NCBI RefSeq assembly: GCF_001194135.2
Contig: NC_068982.1
Location: 93,657,171-93,721,170 of the forward strand
Reading direction: 5' to 3'
From: Octopus bimaculoides
Taxonomy: Eukaryota
Length of the DNA: 64,000 nt
Of this stretch, positions 1 to 13,510 are shown one piece after another. The notes under the pieces were generated by a model. That model ran no database searches. It had not been told where the DNA came from and saw only the letters and a program-made list of their open reading frames with translations. Made by a program: the position numbers and the translations under genes. Position 1 is the first letter of the stretch; each line of letters opens with the position of its first letter.

Positions 1-116
1 TATATATATATATATGTATATGTATGTATGTATATATATATATATGTATATGTATGTATGTATATATATATATATGTATATGTATGTATGTATATATATA
101 TATATGTATATGTATG

Positions 117-147
<31 letters not shown>

Positions 148-148
148 G
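1..148. repeat. (TA)n/(TATG)n compound microsatellite
   Basis: Direct tandem pattern. Confidence 0.95.
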
Positions 149-149
149 A

Positions 150-577
150 CACGCGTGTCGTGATTTAATATTTCTAACATTCAAACAAAATCACATATAT
201 AAAACGATCTTTATTTTCCTCTTTGCTATTTTTTATATTTAATTTACATGTCAATTTAATTATTTCTTAATTGTTAATACAGTTGCGCGTTATATGTTAG
301 AATGCGTATGTGTGTTAATATGTTAGGTTATGTGAGGCAACGGATATATAGTTTTAAAGTGTTTTGTCTACTGTTGCGTGTGCTTGCGTGCGAAAATGTT
401 AAGAAGGAACGATGAGATAATATGTTTCATCCGATAGGCTCTTAATGGCTGACGAACTCTTACATCTTTGTAATATGTGTGTGTTGCTTGCTTACTAAAT
501 TAGTTTTGTCCGTCTGGTCTTAAACTGCATAGAGCTTGTTTGTTTCTCTGAACTCTTGAAAATATCGCTGCAGTGTA

Positions 578-659
<82 letters not shown>

Positions 660-2700
660 CAAATTGTTTTTAAATCTTTGAAACTTTTCTGATTGATTGA
701 CATTTCTATTCCTAGTTTTGTCTTTTCGTCTTTTTGGTAATTTTTATTTTGTTCTAGTTAAAAATTGTACGATATGCCTGGAAGAGATAATTTTTGTGAT
801 TTAAAAAAAAAATTTCCTCATCTGTACTGAGTCAGAGCGGTTTTTTTTTTAAATTTCAAAATCAGTGTATTTACTGATATCTTATATCTAATTTCATCGT
901 CAAACTACACCAGCATTCAATGTTTTAATCTGAAAGCCAGTGTCTGTGATTATGTCCTTACGTTGTTAAATTCATTCTAGATTTAATTTACATGATCAAA
1001 GAATCCTATCTATGACATTCCACCGATGTTACTGATGTGGGGATGTTGAGGGTAAAAAAAACAAAAAAAACTTGTTTTTACTTTTCTTCAGCTGTGTGTC
1101 AAAATTTTCACTTAAACATCAAATGTCTTGCAATCTGTGCACGACCAGAAGTTTATTGATGCGTTACAATATCTATATACTTCATATTCCTTTTATAAGT
1201 ATGTGTTATCACTAATTTTCACTTTTGTCTATATTTTTTGTACTGTGTTACAGCGAACATTGCTCCATGTCAAGTTGTGCTCTACGTTGACCAATAGTAT
1301 TGCCTGTTTAATTGTCAAGTATCTTTCTGTAGAGTATAACGGACCAAATTAGAGTAATTTTAATTTTGTTTACAGTTTGACCCATCCTCCAGTTCATGGC
1401 TAAACGTGTCTCTTGTGTGTTTTTGAAGTCGTTCAGGAACTTGGCATTTATGAGAATAACTATCATGTGTTTTAGGATGAGCTCTCGTGTGCTTCTAAAA
1501 TTAAAGAAATTCGATTAGTTCATTTGTTTTTAAGTATTCTGAAAATTTGTACGTACTCGTGCGTGCATACTATTATTTTGTAAATTGTTTAAGAACTTTG
1601 TGCTATTTATGAGAATATACTTATAATTAAAATAACAAAACAAAACAACATCCTAATACTGAAGAACAAAGTACTACATTTTTGTATCTTCGCTTTTGTC
1701 TGTTATATTGCTGAAATCAGTGTTTTAAATATTTATTTCAGCATAGTGTTCAGGAACTATATTTTTAAGTCGATACTGATCATTTTAGTATGTTCCAGTT
1801 ATGACTTATACTGTTTCTGAATACTCAGTATATTTTTATGCTGCTATAAATATCTTTAGCAAATAGTTCCGGTTTATATTCCCTATTGGAACTATTTCTT
1901 CAAATACTCTAGCTGGGTAAAAAGCATGAATGCCCTGACTTCCCATTAACTCCCCCCAAATCTTAGACTTCTAGAAACAGTTACACTTTTTGCTTTTGAG
2001 AAATCCTTGAACTTCACAACTTCTTGCTAATATAATACGGTACATTTTAATGAATTTTGTATTTCAAAGATTTTTTGTTTTTTGGAAACTTAAAATTATT
2101 TGAATATTTTAAAATGTTCCTCAAAATATGATTCTCCGTTTATTTGGAGCAAAGTTTTGCACTACTAGATTTCTATCTGATTGTAATCATTTCGGTTAGT
2201 CCAGTTTCCCTGATGCCCTTGGGGAAGATCTGAGCTCTACAGTACACTACTTTTCTTTCTATAACAACCAAGTGTTTGTGCTCATTTTAATAGCGATTTC
2301 GTATTCCAGTTCCTACACAACTAAAAGCATTGTGTGATGATGATAATAACTAATAATTTCAAATACATACCCTCTTTTTAACCTACCCAACCCAAAAACA
2401 TTGTTTTAATCAATTCATAATTCAAGTTTTAAAAATGATTTCATTTGAAATGTATGGTATTTTTTTTCTATCAGCGTTGTTTTAATGTATTGAATTGATT
2501 GTTAAGATTGATTATTGAATGCTTGCCTACTGAACTTTTATTGTTTATATAAGAAATGACATATAGTTTCCGCTAGTTTACACACAGAGAGTAACTGTTA
2601 ATGTTTATGGCCTGTTTTACAGAATAGCCTGGCTGTGAGTGTTACATCAGCAGCTATACAAGGTGCGTGTGTTTGTGCGTACCACACACTACACTATGGT
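150..2700. promoter_or_regulatory. CpG-retaining, possibly promoter-proximal region
   Basis: CpG dinucleotides (acgcgt, gcgcgt, gcgtgcg, tcgtgcgtg) are visibly much more frequent than in unique sequence downstream. Fits an unmethylated gene 5' end; judged by eye. Confidence 0.35.
2623..2662 (+). CDS. Candidate exon E1 of unrecognised multi-exon transcript (NSLAVSVTSAAIQ, phase 0 to 1)
   Basis: Acceptor cctgttttacag, donor AAG|gtgcgt, only one open frame. Confidence 0.5.
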
Positions 2701-3641
2701 CTATGAGTCAGACTGTCTTCCTAATAATATTAATATTTCTGTATCATATACAGAAACCAAAAAGCTCTCTTGGATATTTTTCTCCACATACACATAGTAA
2801 ATGTGGGTTTCTTTATTATTAATAAAGAACAAAAACACAATCACCCCCTCCCCCAAAAAACCTAACATCAACTAAATAAGATATAATTTATGCTGGGGAA
2901 TGAATACTGTTAAATTAAGTTTTTTTTTCTTTTCTTTCCCTAGAAAAGCTCTTGGACGAAACTTCCCTATAACTATATTTTACAACCTCACGAACTAATT
3001 ACATCCATGGACGGTTTTTTATGGCTATAGCATCTTGATAAACTATGATCACTCAGCTCTATTTGTCTGAATAATTTTTTGCTTCCTCTTTCATCTGATA
3101 TTTGCCGTTCCCCAAGAGAAAACTTTAAGATTTATTCGATTACTCATTTCTTTTTGAATTATTGAAAATATTTCTGTTCCTCATTTAATCCATGCTTGTT
3201 ATACATGTTTGTAAAACTTACTGAGAAGAATCGTTAAATGTTTTTTTTTTTTGTGGGAAAAAACTTCGATATTCTAATTTATATCTTTGTCATCTTCAAA
3301 TAAGTAAAATATAGTTATAATTTTAAATATATTTCTTGGTGTTACAAGATAAAATTTTCTTTTTTGCTTTTTTAGGAGGTAAAAAAGGTGGGAGAATTCC
3401 ATTAAGTCTTAAGTCTGTTTTTTTTGTTTTTTTTTTACTAACCGAAAAGTGTAGTTTTAGCTATAATAAATTAATTTTCTCCACATAATTACTGAAGATT
3501 TTCATTTATAAACAGGGCATAAATAAAATTTGTATTAGAAATTAACCTTGGAATTGAAGTTACCTTTTATGATTAGATTTTAGATATGTTCATAACATGG
3601 TTATAGATACTGAAAATGAGATGCAGTTGTACATTATACTG

Positions 3642-3975
3642 CATGGCTGAGTTGTTACAGAGTTCATGTAGCAATGAGATCTTGGGTTTGATCCCACTGA
3701 GAGGTATCTTGGATGTCTTTTACTATACTTTCAGATTGACTTGTGCCTTCCTTGTGAGTGAAAAATGGGGAGCTAGAAACTGAATCCTGTCAGATAAATT
3801 GTGCTCTTAATTCACAAGTGCAGCTTCGTTACATTGAGTGTCATGCTGATTGTACTGTTAAAGAGCGCATGTGTCTGTAAAATGTTCAGTCAGTCATGTG
3901 CTAATTCAATGAGCAAGTAGTTGATCGAACAACTAAATACACTTTGAAACTGGGGATCCATTTAGTTTGGTCTTT
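3642..3975 (+). mobile_element. Degenerate tRNA-derived SINE
   Basis: Head tggctgagttgtt...gggtttgatcccactg (A/B-box-like) and ccttgtgagtg core shared with other SINE copies in the window. Confidence 0.65.
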
Positions 3976-5129
3976 CTATTAGTTATGAATCCTGTTCTTA
4001 AGATTAATTTTATCTTCCAATAGAAGATTTATAAATACCAGTAATATCTTGCAATTATTGAATTATGACCATTTCTTACAGCTGGTACAGTACCTATGAA
4101 CATAATTGATCATTGATAGTTTGAATTTATAATCACTATTTGCATTGTCATATTAAGTTCATATGTTTATGAGCTCTATTATGATGAATGACAGTTGTAT
4201 TTTACTGGTTTTTGGAAATGAGTACAAGCAAACAAGGTTTTATACCATAAGCAGATAATAGCTGCCACTATTTTAAAGATTCTTGGAATAGCTTTAGTGA
4301 AGAATATTTATGAAAATCAAAAGGATTGAAATAAAGAAAAACAAAAAAAAGGGAAAAAAACGCCTGTGATTTTAATTTTGTGTACTAGCTTATAAGTGCT
4401 TTTCCTTCACACTTCTCTCATAAGCCCCTTCCTTAGTATGTTTATGTAATTCTATAAGTCTTTTGTATTGTTAATCTTCTGTAATTATCTTCAGGGTAGG
4501 GCCTCCATTGCTTGCTGTTTATCATTTAGTCTGCACTAGAGCTAAGATTTATTTATTTATTTTTGTAACAGGATGTTTATAGCTTCTGTAATAAATAACA
4601 TTTTTATGGGAGCAGCCCCCAAATACGGGGGCTGCCTATTGGGCATCTAGCTAAGTTTTCTTAATGTCAAGTATCCTGTCCTAATGCCAACAGCTGCCTA
4701 GGCAACTGTAATTTAACTGGCTTTACTTTACCATTTTGGCAAGGTGGTTTGAAGGTGGGCTGACATTGTAAATGTATGAGGATATTTCCAATTTGGCAAA
4801 ACTACCATTTTTAACTATTAAAAAAAAAAAAAGAAATTTGTAATGTCTATATTTTCTTAACTGGATACCAGCAACTTGAAATGGCTATCAATATCAAGTA
4901 GAAAAAAAAAAAATACTGTGCTTAATTTTACTAAAAACCATGAAAGTATTATTCTTTCTTCTTGACGTATGGCATCATAAAGTGGATTTAGTGTAGAATT
5001 AGTCCATCTCAGACTATTATTAGTAATGCTTATTTTTAACAGTCCAGAAGGATGATAAACTAAAGCTTGAAATTAGGAAAACATTATTTAAAAAGAGACT
5101 ATACAGCTTATCCATAACAGTATCATCTT

Positions 5130-5290
5130 TATCATCATTGCTTTAATGCTCACTTTCCCATGCTTGCATGGGTCAGATGGAATTTGTTGAGGCATGTTTT
5201 CTATCTCCATATGCTGGTCTTGTTACTGTCATTTGTTTCCAATATTTCTCAATAGCCTGACATGTTTCATGGAAGATTGGAATCAAATGA
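5130..5290 (-). mobile_element. RTE-type 3' tail repeat
   Basis: catcatt...tttcccatgcttgcatgggtcagatgg matches the reverse complement of the RTE 3' end at 16823-16870. Confidence 0.65.
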
Positions 5291-5524
5291 AACAGCTTGT
5301 ATGATGACATTTATTTTCATCTCTCATATGGTGTCAAGACAATCACACACACAGACACATACATGCACATTCATATGTGTATGTGCATTTTGAATATTGT
5401 TGATGATTCCGTTTACCTGTGGTTTTCTCATCTGCTCTTGTTACATGCACATTCTATTATCTGGTACTTTTGTACATGTATAATATATATATGTTCAAAA
5501 TCATTACAACATATATATACTTAC

Positions 5525-6069
5525 ATACTTGAGTATGTTTCTATACTTAATGTAAGTTAAATTTTAGCAGGCCAATCCATTTTACTTATTTGTGTGATGG
5601 AGAAACTATTTCTGTCTTAGCTGTTTCAGAGCTTAGATAATGAAATTGTAAATTTTAGTGTTACTAAGTATGAAATAGCTTCTTCCCCTCTCAAAAGGGC
5701 TTAGTTGATACTATTGACTTCAGTACTTGACTGTACTATATTTTATCAATACGAAAAGGATGAAAGGTAAAGTTGGCTATGACAGGATTTGAACTTACAA
5801 TGTATAAAATTTGAACAAATACCAGATTCTTTTTTAATTCTCTAACGATTGTCAGCTTGCCAAAATGGTTGGATTAATTAGAATAACATTTAAACCAATT
5901 ATATCCAACCCAAATATTTTATTTGTTCAACAGCCAGATTTGGCCTCGTACACCTACCCTACAATATCATTCTAAAAATAAACATTTACATCATAGAAAT
6001 CATGACGCTACAAGATAATGCATAATTAATTGAAAGCAATGTTAATAAATAAGTATTACATTTGATGGA
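5525..6069 (+). repeat. Local duplication, copy A (paralog at 10610-11228)
   Basis: Unique flank, SINE fragment and MITE occur in the same order in both copies. 33-nt identical block at 5569-5601 = 10649-10681. Confidence 0.85.
5885..6069 (+). mobile_element. piggyBac-derived MITE, end-truncated copy
   Basis: Aligns by eye with the 11009-11228 copy (acacctaccctacaatatcattctaaaaataaac...ttacatttgatgga). Confidence 0.75.
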
Positions 6070-6084
6070 ATCCCATGCCAAAAC

Positions 6085-6180
6085 AATGCAACCTGGTGTG
6101 GTTCCCAGTCTCGCCAGCTCCTGTCAAACCATCTAATCCATGCCGACATGGAAAACGGGCATTCCATGATGGTAGTGTAC
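6085..6180 (+). mobile_element. RTE-type 3' tail repeat
   Basis: cctgtcaaaccatctaatccatgccgacatggaaaacggg...atgatg. Confidence 0.65.
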
Positions 6181-6419
6181 AATGTGAGGAATATTTGATT
6201 GTTATTTGTAACCGGTCATAGAGGTTCATGTTGGACTCAGAATGCAAAGAGCTTTACCAAATGCTGCAGGGCATTTGTCTGCTTTCATGACTGTCAGTCT
6301 ACCTTAATAGTAATTCTTTCTGCTATAGGTTCAAAGCCTGAAATTTTGGGGAAAGGGGTGCTAGTTGAAGACATTGACCATGGTGCTCAACTAACACTTA
6401 TTTTATCGACCCTGAAAAG

Positions 6420-7990
6420 ATAAAAACAAAATGGTAAAAGAAACCTGAATTTGAATTTGGAATGTGAAACTGGAAGAAATGCAGCTAATCATTTTGTCTA
6501 ATCTGCTAACCCTTAATAATAGTAATATTTCTGAAGGGTAGAGCCAGATTGAGCTTATTGTTTCCAGATATTTTTTCTGGTGGTGCAGTGATTCTGCTAG
6601 CTCATCATCCTTCAATTTTTTCTTATTAAGCAGTTAAGTAGAGGGCTTAATTGATTACGGTTGGCATCAATTTCATCACTTGTATTAATTTCAGACCTAA
6701 TGTAAAGAAAAAAAATGTCAGTGTCACACTTGCAGTGTCTTCAAGTAGAGTTCTGACTGCTTAAACAACTTGGTATGTGATTTTTTTCCTTCTCTAGTGC
6801 TTCTCCTTTATTCTTGTAGTAGTTGACAGTACTGCTAAGCTATTTATTCAGATAACAACTTCCTGCTCTGGATTAATATAGCAAGTAACTAGTACCTACA
6901 AACCTTTTTTGTCATTTCAACACCTATCCTTAATGTACTGCTGAGTTTTCATGTTGTCATGACCTTGTTTACCACGCATTCCACCAAGACAGGGTTCAGG
7001 TCAGTCTCTTCAATGTCCTTGCTTATCTTTCCTAATGACACTGTCATGAAAATCATAAATATTAAACATCCTCGTCTTTAATGACCTCCTAATTAAAAGG
7101 AATGTAGTTGCAATTCAGAATGTCATGCTTCTTATCTCCAAGTTGCAAAATATTAGTAAATCCTTTCTTCTTTCCCTCTTCTTTGGTAATGTGGAGACAT
7201 TGTCTTGGTTCTTAGCTAACTTCTTGATAATAATTATCTTTGTTCAAGATTATTTCTGGTTTTAGTGTTAGAATTGATCAGGTGTATTTGCAGCAGGCTT
7301 TTGATTAGGAATGTTAAGCAGTTTAGTGTTGCAACTTGAGCTTTTTTTATCTGAACTTTATAGCTTTCTTACTTTGTACCAGTTGGAAGTTGTATCTTAC
7401 AGAGAAGCTTAAATCCCCCTCTTTCTTGTTCTCCCTATTTACCTTATCTTGTCTCTGTTCAGAACTCCCAAGGTACATTGGATGTAGGCACATTTCACAT
7501 CAGATAGAAAACTTGATACTCCCAATCATTTACCTGTTTCTGTATGTAAACAATGAAGTGTCTTTGCTTCTCATATTTAACAAAGTGATAGATGATTATC
7601 ATCATCTGGCTGTTTGGTTTTCTGACTTCATGTTGCTGACAAAGAGTTCATATGTCAAAGAATGCCAGGAATATTCTTTGGTGTTTTGTATGCCATTGCT
7701 TAATTTTCACCCTCCAGTGCATCCTGGTGTTTCATATTGTGATTGAAAATGATTTGTCATCTAATATTGTCTTTATCTGCAAAGATATCACAGAACAGTC
7801 AGTTTGTTCATTTAATTGAGGGAAGTAGAATTAACAAATGTTGCCATATTGCCTATCTCTAATCTGAGCTTTGATATCCTAGCTCTGTTATGTCTACCAA
7901 ATTCTGTTATGAATTTCGTTGTATAGTTTTCAAAGTTCTTGTCTTCACCCATTTTCTTACTATGCATTCTGTATGTGAATGAAAGTACAA
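6420..7990 (-). mobile_element. Highly decayed LINE relic (CR1/L2-like)
   Basis: Broken frames with endonuclease-like remnants and C-terminal ILLLLRVSRLDKMI (cf. LxxRRxRxDMI). Many stops. Confidence 0.35.
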
Positions 7991-8051
7991 TAGATCATTT
8001 AGGTAATAACACTAATGTCTTCTAGAACTTTCAGTTTAGTTTTCATTGCAG

Positions 8052-8075
8052 AATTTGTGAAAGTTTTTAAAAAAA
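8052..8075 (+). CDS. Candidate 24-nt micro-exon E2 ((E)FVKVFKK, phase 1 to 1)
   Basis: Acceptor ttttcattgcag, donor gtaagt. The only open frame is the one in phase with E1 and E3. Confidence 0.5.
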
Positions 8076-10609
8076 GTAAGTTTCTGTCTTGGAAGAATAG
8101 TCTAAAAACCTGAATAGAAAAATAGTCTAAAGATCTGAAAGACAGTTTGTCTAAAACTAAAGCCCAGAAAAACATAAGTCAGCGTTTAGGAAGTTGCTTT
8201 GCTCAGTATGAAAGAAATGGCTAGGAATTTAATATGGTTGCCCAATACCAGCAATGGGTACACTAGAAGTAGTGATATATCAAAGTACTGGAACTTTTGA
8301 TATACCAAACAAAAAGTAGTAAGAGTACTTCTGAAATAAAATCCATGGGTGGTTGTCTGTGTAATAGAAGCATCTTTTTTGTTTCTATGAAGTCCTGGAG
8401 ATGTATTAAAATTCAAACAACAATGCAGGCATGTTGTTTTGTCATTGTCAAATCCTCACATTTTTATGTGAGACAGCTAAAAGAAAGATAAATATGTGCT
8501 GTATGTACTCAGCTTCAGTAGTATGGCTTTGATTTTCAACTTTGCCTGTGACAAGTTACAGCTAAGTTTTCTCTAGATGAAAGACCTTTTTTTTTTAAAT
8601 CCTGAAACTGTATTATTCTAAGTTTCAAGATGGGATGTGATTTGTGAGGGAGATTATTGCTATTTCTAGCATGTTTTGAGTGATTGATTTGAAGTATCCT
8701 CATTAGCTTGTGAGAGTGGACATTTTAAAGGGAGTTGTTACTTCTGGTCACCTAGTGCAAACTACATGAAATATGTGAAGTGTTATAATTGGACAATGTA
8801 TGATTGAAATAATAGAGACTAGTGAGAAAAGGAATCTAATCTTACATGTGCAAAATTGTTGTTTGGTCCCAGCTCTACTTTGCTTGAGCAGATTTATAAG
8901 AAGTACTTCGGCTATGAATATCTCTTATTTCATTCAAACAGTCTCTTGTTTCTAAGGTAAAAATAATTAAGATGATGGAGATTTGGCTGCTATTTTTAAG
9001 AGCTTGAGCAGCTACATAAAGCTTCTCTTGTTAGCTTGTGCAATGTCTATATGAATGGTTAAAATGCAGTAAGTTGAAAGATCAGCTGAGAATTAGTCTT
9101 TAATTAATGTTAACAGTCGAAATGGTTGAACTTGTATGGGCATGTAATATGAATGGTTAATATATGATAGGTAACAAAGAAAAAGAAAGAAAACTACTTC
9201 AAATCGAAATAAAATGCACCTGTTATAATACTTGTTTAAAGAAGCCCTGAGGAGGAACAGTGAAGTAATTTCTTAGATTACTGCACCTCATTCAAAAAGT
9301 GAAATTGATGAATTGGTTTGGTAGGTAACTATGGTGGTTGGTATAATTTTATTGGAAATATTCTTAACATAAAGAACTAATTTGATAGTTTGGTATTTAA
9401 CTGCTAGTTGTGTAATGTTTTTTTTTTTAATATTTTGTTGGCATTAGTAAAGATGGCCTCTGTAAATTAAGTTTGCGTGACTAAATGAGAATTACAGCTC
9501 CTCATGATATACAATCCAATATAGTCTGCTTGTCATTTTTGTATGTTAAGTTTTACATTAGAAACTACCTTAAGTATGGAATAAATCAGAAATAATCAAA
9601 ATGTTTGAATTAAAATGTGAAAGTTCCTTGAGTCCCAGTTCTTGCTGATGAAAAGCTTGATTCTTATTGATAAATGAATATTGCTCTTTTGGCAAATATC
9701 ATGAGGTTTTAAGGTTTTATTGATTTACCTAATTTCTAATTTGGTGACTCAAAAAATAGCTTACATGTTTCAGGGAATTAAAAATAAGTAGTTATCTTAA
9801 CACACATTTTATTAGCAAATGAAAAAGAAGTAAAAAAACCATTTGAAGTTCCATAATTAGTTCAAATTTCAGCTTGAAGAGCTAAATAATGACAGTTTAT
9901 TGATTTATCTACAGTAAAAAGGTTTGAAAATGATTGGTGTGATTTAGTTAGTTAAATTTGATGAGAATGCTTCCCAAATCTCCCAATCATTACTATAATT
10001 TATATGTTCAGTATTTCACCACAGATCTGGTCATTGTCCATTTTTCACCCTTGCCTTGACGTTTTACTGGTTAACATTTTCTGGTACCTTGAATTGTACT
10101 TATGGCAGCTTTGAGTTTGGAGAGTGTGTTTAATGCAGCGAATCTTTTCCATCTTGAAGCAGTAAATTATCGGCATTCTTCATTGATGTTTGCTATTCTC
10201 ATTAACACATTTTCTGTGAAATACGTAATCTAATTGTCATTGGCTTATTTGTACCAGTTTGCATTCTGACATACTCACTGAGAATTCATTTGGGGAGCTG
10301 TGCATGTGTCCTTTGCCTGCAATGCAAGACAGTGTTTTTTTTTCTCATGAATTGTAATTTTAATGTAAAATAAATGAACTGTAGATGCTGACAAAATATT
10401 GGAAGAATATCTAAAGAGATGTTAAGTTAGATGAAGATTATCGAAGTTGATTATAATTCTAAAGAACTAGTAAGCTGAAAACAACAATGCAAATAGAAAG
10501 ATTAGCTCTTGGAGGGTAATGTCAAAGGACAGGAAAAATCAATGTGTTTGGGTGTATACATGCTTGCACTCTCACATGCATAAGCTGAATTCTATCCATG
10601 CATATAGAC

Positions 10610-11228
10610 TTGTGTATGTTTCTATGCTAATGTAAACTAAATTTTGGTAGGCCAATCCATTTTACTTATTTGTGTGATGGAAAAATTATTTCCTTCTTAG
10701 CTACTTCAGAGTATTAATTAATTCAACTGTTAATTTTACAGTAACTAAGTATGAAACAGTTTCTTCCCCATGTAGAAGCAAAATAGTTTCTGATTTAGGC
10801 ACAAGGACAATAGTTTTGAGAAGGGCTTAGTTGTTACTATTGACTTTAGTAACTGACTGTACTTTATTTTATCTACACCAAAAGGATGAAAGGCAAAGTT
10901 GACTGACAGAATTTGAATGTATAAATTTTGAACAAATGTCAGATTTTTTCTAAATCTTTGATTTTGCCAACTTTCCAAAACAGATGGGCCAATTAAAACG
11001 ACATATAACCCTTTAGCATTTAAACCAATTGTATCCAAACCCAATATTCTACCTGTTTTATGGTCAAACCAATCAGATTTGGCCTTGTACACCTACCCTG
11101 CAATATCATTCTAAAAATAAACATTCACATCATAGGAATCTTGAAGCTATGAGATAATGCATAATTAATTGAAAACTATGTCAAAGAATAAACATTACAT
11201 TTGATGGAGTACTCTGACTGCTAAATGA
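10610..11228 (+). repeat. Local duplication, copy B (paralog at 5525-6069)
   Basis: See copy A; same order of flank, SINE fragment and MITE. Confidence 0.85.
11009..11228 (+). mobile_element. piggyBac-derived MITE, full length (~220 bp)
   Basis: ATAA|CCCTTTAGC ... CTAAATGA|TTAA: degenerate CCCTTTAG TIRs with a TTAA-type TSD. Confidence 0.85.
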
Positions 11229-13159
11229 TTAAAATGGAATTTCATCCTATGGTCAACTTGCCTTAATCCTCTCGTTACTGTATTTATTTTGAGATACTGT
11301 GTATTTCTTTCAGTTATTTTAAATATAACAAAGAATTTAGTAAAATAACTTAGTCATCATTCAGCTAGTGTTAGGAACATAAATTGTGACTAAGGTTTGG
11401 TGGGAGATTTTAATTCAAAACTTATGAAAACAGGACATTTGTACTCAGAGCCAGTTTCAGCTGGGTTGGTAACAAAAAGGTTAATAGATATATACACCAT
11501 TGAATTATGGTTGGAACCATAAATATTTTGAGAGTTTGAGCAATTATATAATACCAGAGCAATGTTTTCTTAGCTACCAGACCATCTAATAAAAGCCATC
11601 TGGCCACAAGGGGTAAAAGGGAATTTTCCAATTAGCCACACATGCTGGCCAAGTAGTTGTGTGTCTCATCCTTGAGCTCAACATAATAACTGTATGCCTA
11701 TGTAGTGTGAGTAGAATAGCACTTCAACCTCATGGTCTGTATTTTAATTATTAGGAAGAATTATTTAGAAACGGCTTGTTTTTAGTTGTCTTAAAAAGGC
11801 TGTCTTGCTTTGGTTTCGTCCTAATCACTTGAGCATCTGGAAAGTTTTGCTTGGCTGTATTTGACATTTTGCTGCAGTAGCCCTTCTTCCTCCTTTAAGT
11901 AGTTGATGGATAAATGCTTTTTATATGATGTTAGATATCTGTGAAACTTGAAGGAATAAAAAATAACACAGTTTGGACTTAGACTTGTGAAATATTAATT
12001 TTAATATTATAATGCATTATAGTTTTCATTCCTAAAGCCTAGAAAAGAACAGATGTTTTTGGATTACCTGTGTGTCTGAAAGCTATTTTTAATTTTCAGT
12101 ATCTTTTAATGTTTTAGTTTTTTCTTGTAACCATTTTATTTTGGTTAGTGTACTAAGTTTGATCAGATGTTATTAATGTTGCTACACCTGTACTTTGGCT
12201 GTAGTCAACATGTTCAATTTATTATACAAAGAATGTTAGGAATCATGCTGGCAGGTAACTGAGTTAAAATAACCCTTTAACTGAAATTACTCATGCTTTA
12301 TAAAGCCACATTGTAAACATTTTAGTTTACATGTTATGAAGGTTTAGTTCAGTGAGTTATTAAACATCTAAACCTTATTGGACATAAAGTAGAAATGTTT
12401 TCTATCTTTGAGTCCCATCAGAAAAAAAAAAAAAAAAAAATTCTTTTGGTATTTTGAAGAAATTGTTTGTTCTCTCTCTCTTTGTCTCCCTTCTCTCTCT
12501 TACCCATACATTAAGATGTAAATTCTGTATTATATTTAAAATAACTTACCTTAAAGCATTTTATGAGATAGAAAATATATGAAGTGTTAATGTACACATA
12601 TTTCTGATCTGTTGGATAAGAAAATTTAGTGTATGAGAGAGAAAATCGGATAAAAGGATTGCTTCTGGGTAAGAGGGAATATGATTTAAACATTTTATGG
12701 ATAGTTTAGTAATGGAGTTGATTTTTTTTTTGTTTTTTCAAATTCCTGTTGGGGTTGAGAATATTTATAAAATATGTGTAAATTTTTCAAAATATGTAAC
12801 TATCTCAGAAGGCTTTTCCCAGATTTCTATCTGTTCTTTATGCAAAAATTTACTTCCTCTGCACACAAAACAAATTTCAAATTATCTGTATCTTTTATAG
12901 AAATCTGACAATTACAGTTACTTGCTCTTTCCTGAAAGAGTTACATTGTTGTAATTATAAACTGCAATGCTATTGATAAAATTGCAACTTCTGTCTGCCA
13001 GTTTTTTCCCCTACATAAACCACTTAGTTGGTTAGGATACTGTTCACTGTTAGTTGTGGGAACTTTGTGGAACTGATGGGTGTTATTTGTATAGCCCCAG
13101 GTCATGTATGGCCAAAGTATGATCATTTAATATAGACCTAAATACACTTAATTTACATC

Positions 13160-13510
13160 CAGTTTTCCATGCTTGCACGAATCAAATGATTATATTATTG
13201 TGACATGATTTTACTGCCACATGCCCTTGTTGCTAACCCCGAGTTGGTTTTCATGTAAGTGTTCACATTTCACATTTCTCCAAAGGTGCCAAATGAGTTT
13301 GATTTGTTCACAAGAATTACAGCTATACTGCTTTGAAGCTCAGGAGTTTTGTAAGGTTCGAATGTACATACACAATGGGCTTTCAGATTTCATCTTTCAA
13401 ATTCACTCAAAAAGCTTTGGTTAATCTGGGGCTGTAGGTGACACCTACCTAAGGTTCCATGCTGTGAGACAGAACCCGATACCCCTGGAGAGTGAACTTC
13501 TTAACTATAC
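13160..13510 (-). mobile_element. RTE-tail fragment plus tRNA-derived SINE head
   Basis: tttccatgcttgcacg tail; attcactcaaaagctttgg...aaggttccatgctg...ttaactatacagccg SINE head in reverse. Confidence 0.65.

Noticed and set aside
3735-3759. Exon-like AG...GTGAGT segment
   Set aside because: Lies inside a SINE whose consensus supplies the gtgagt.
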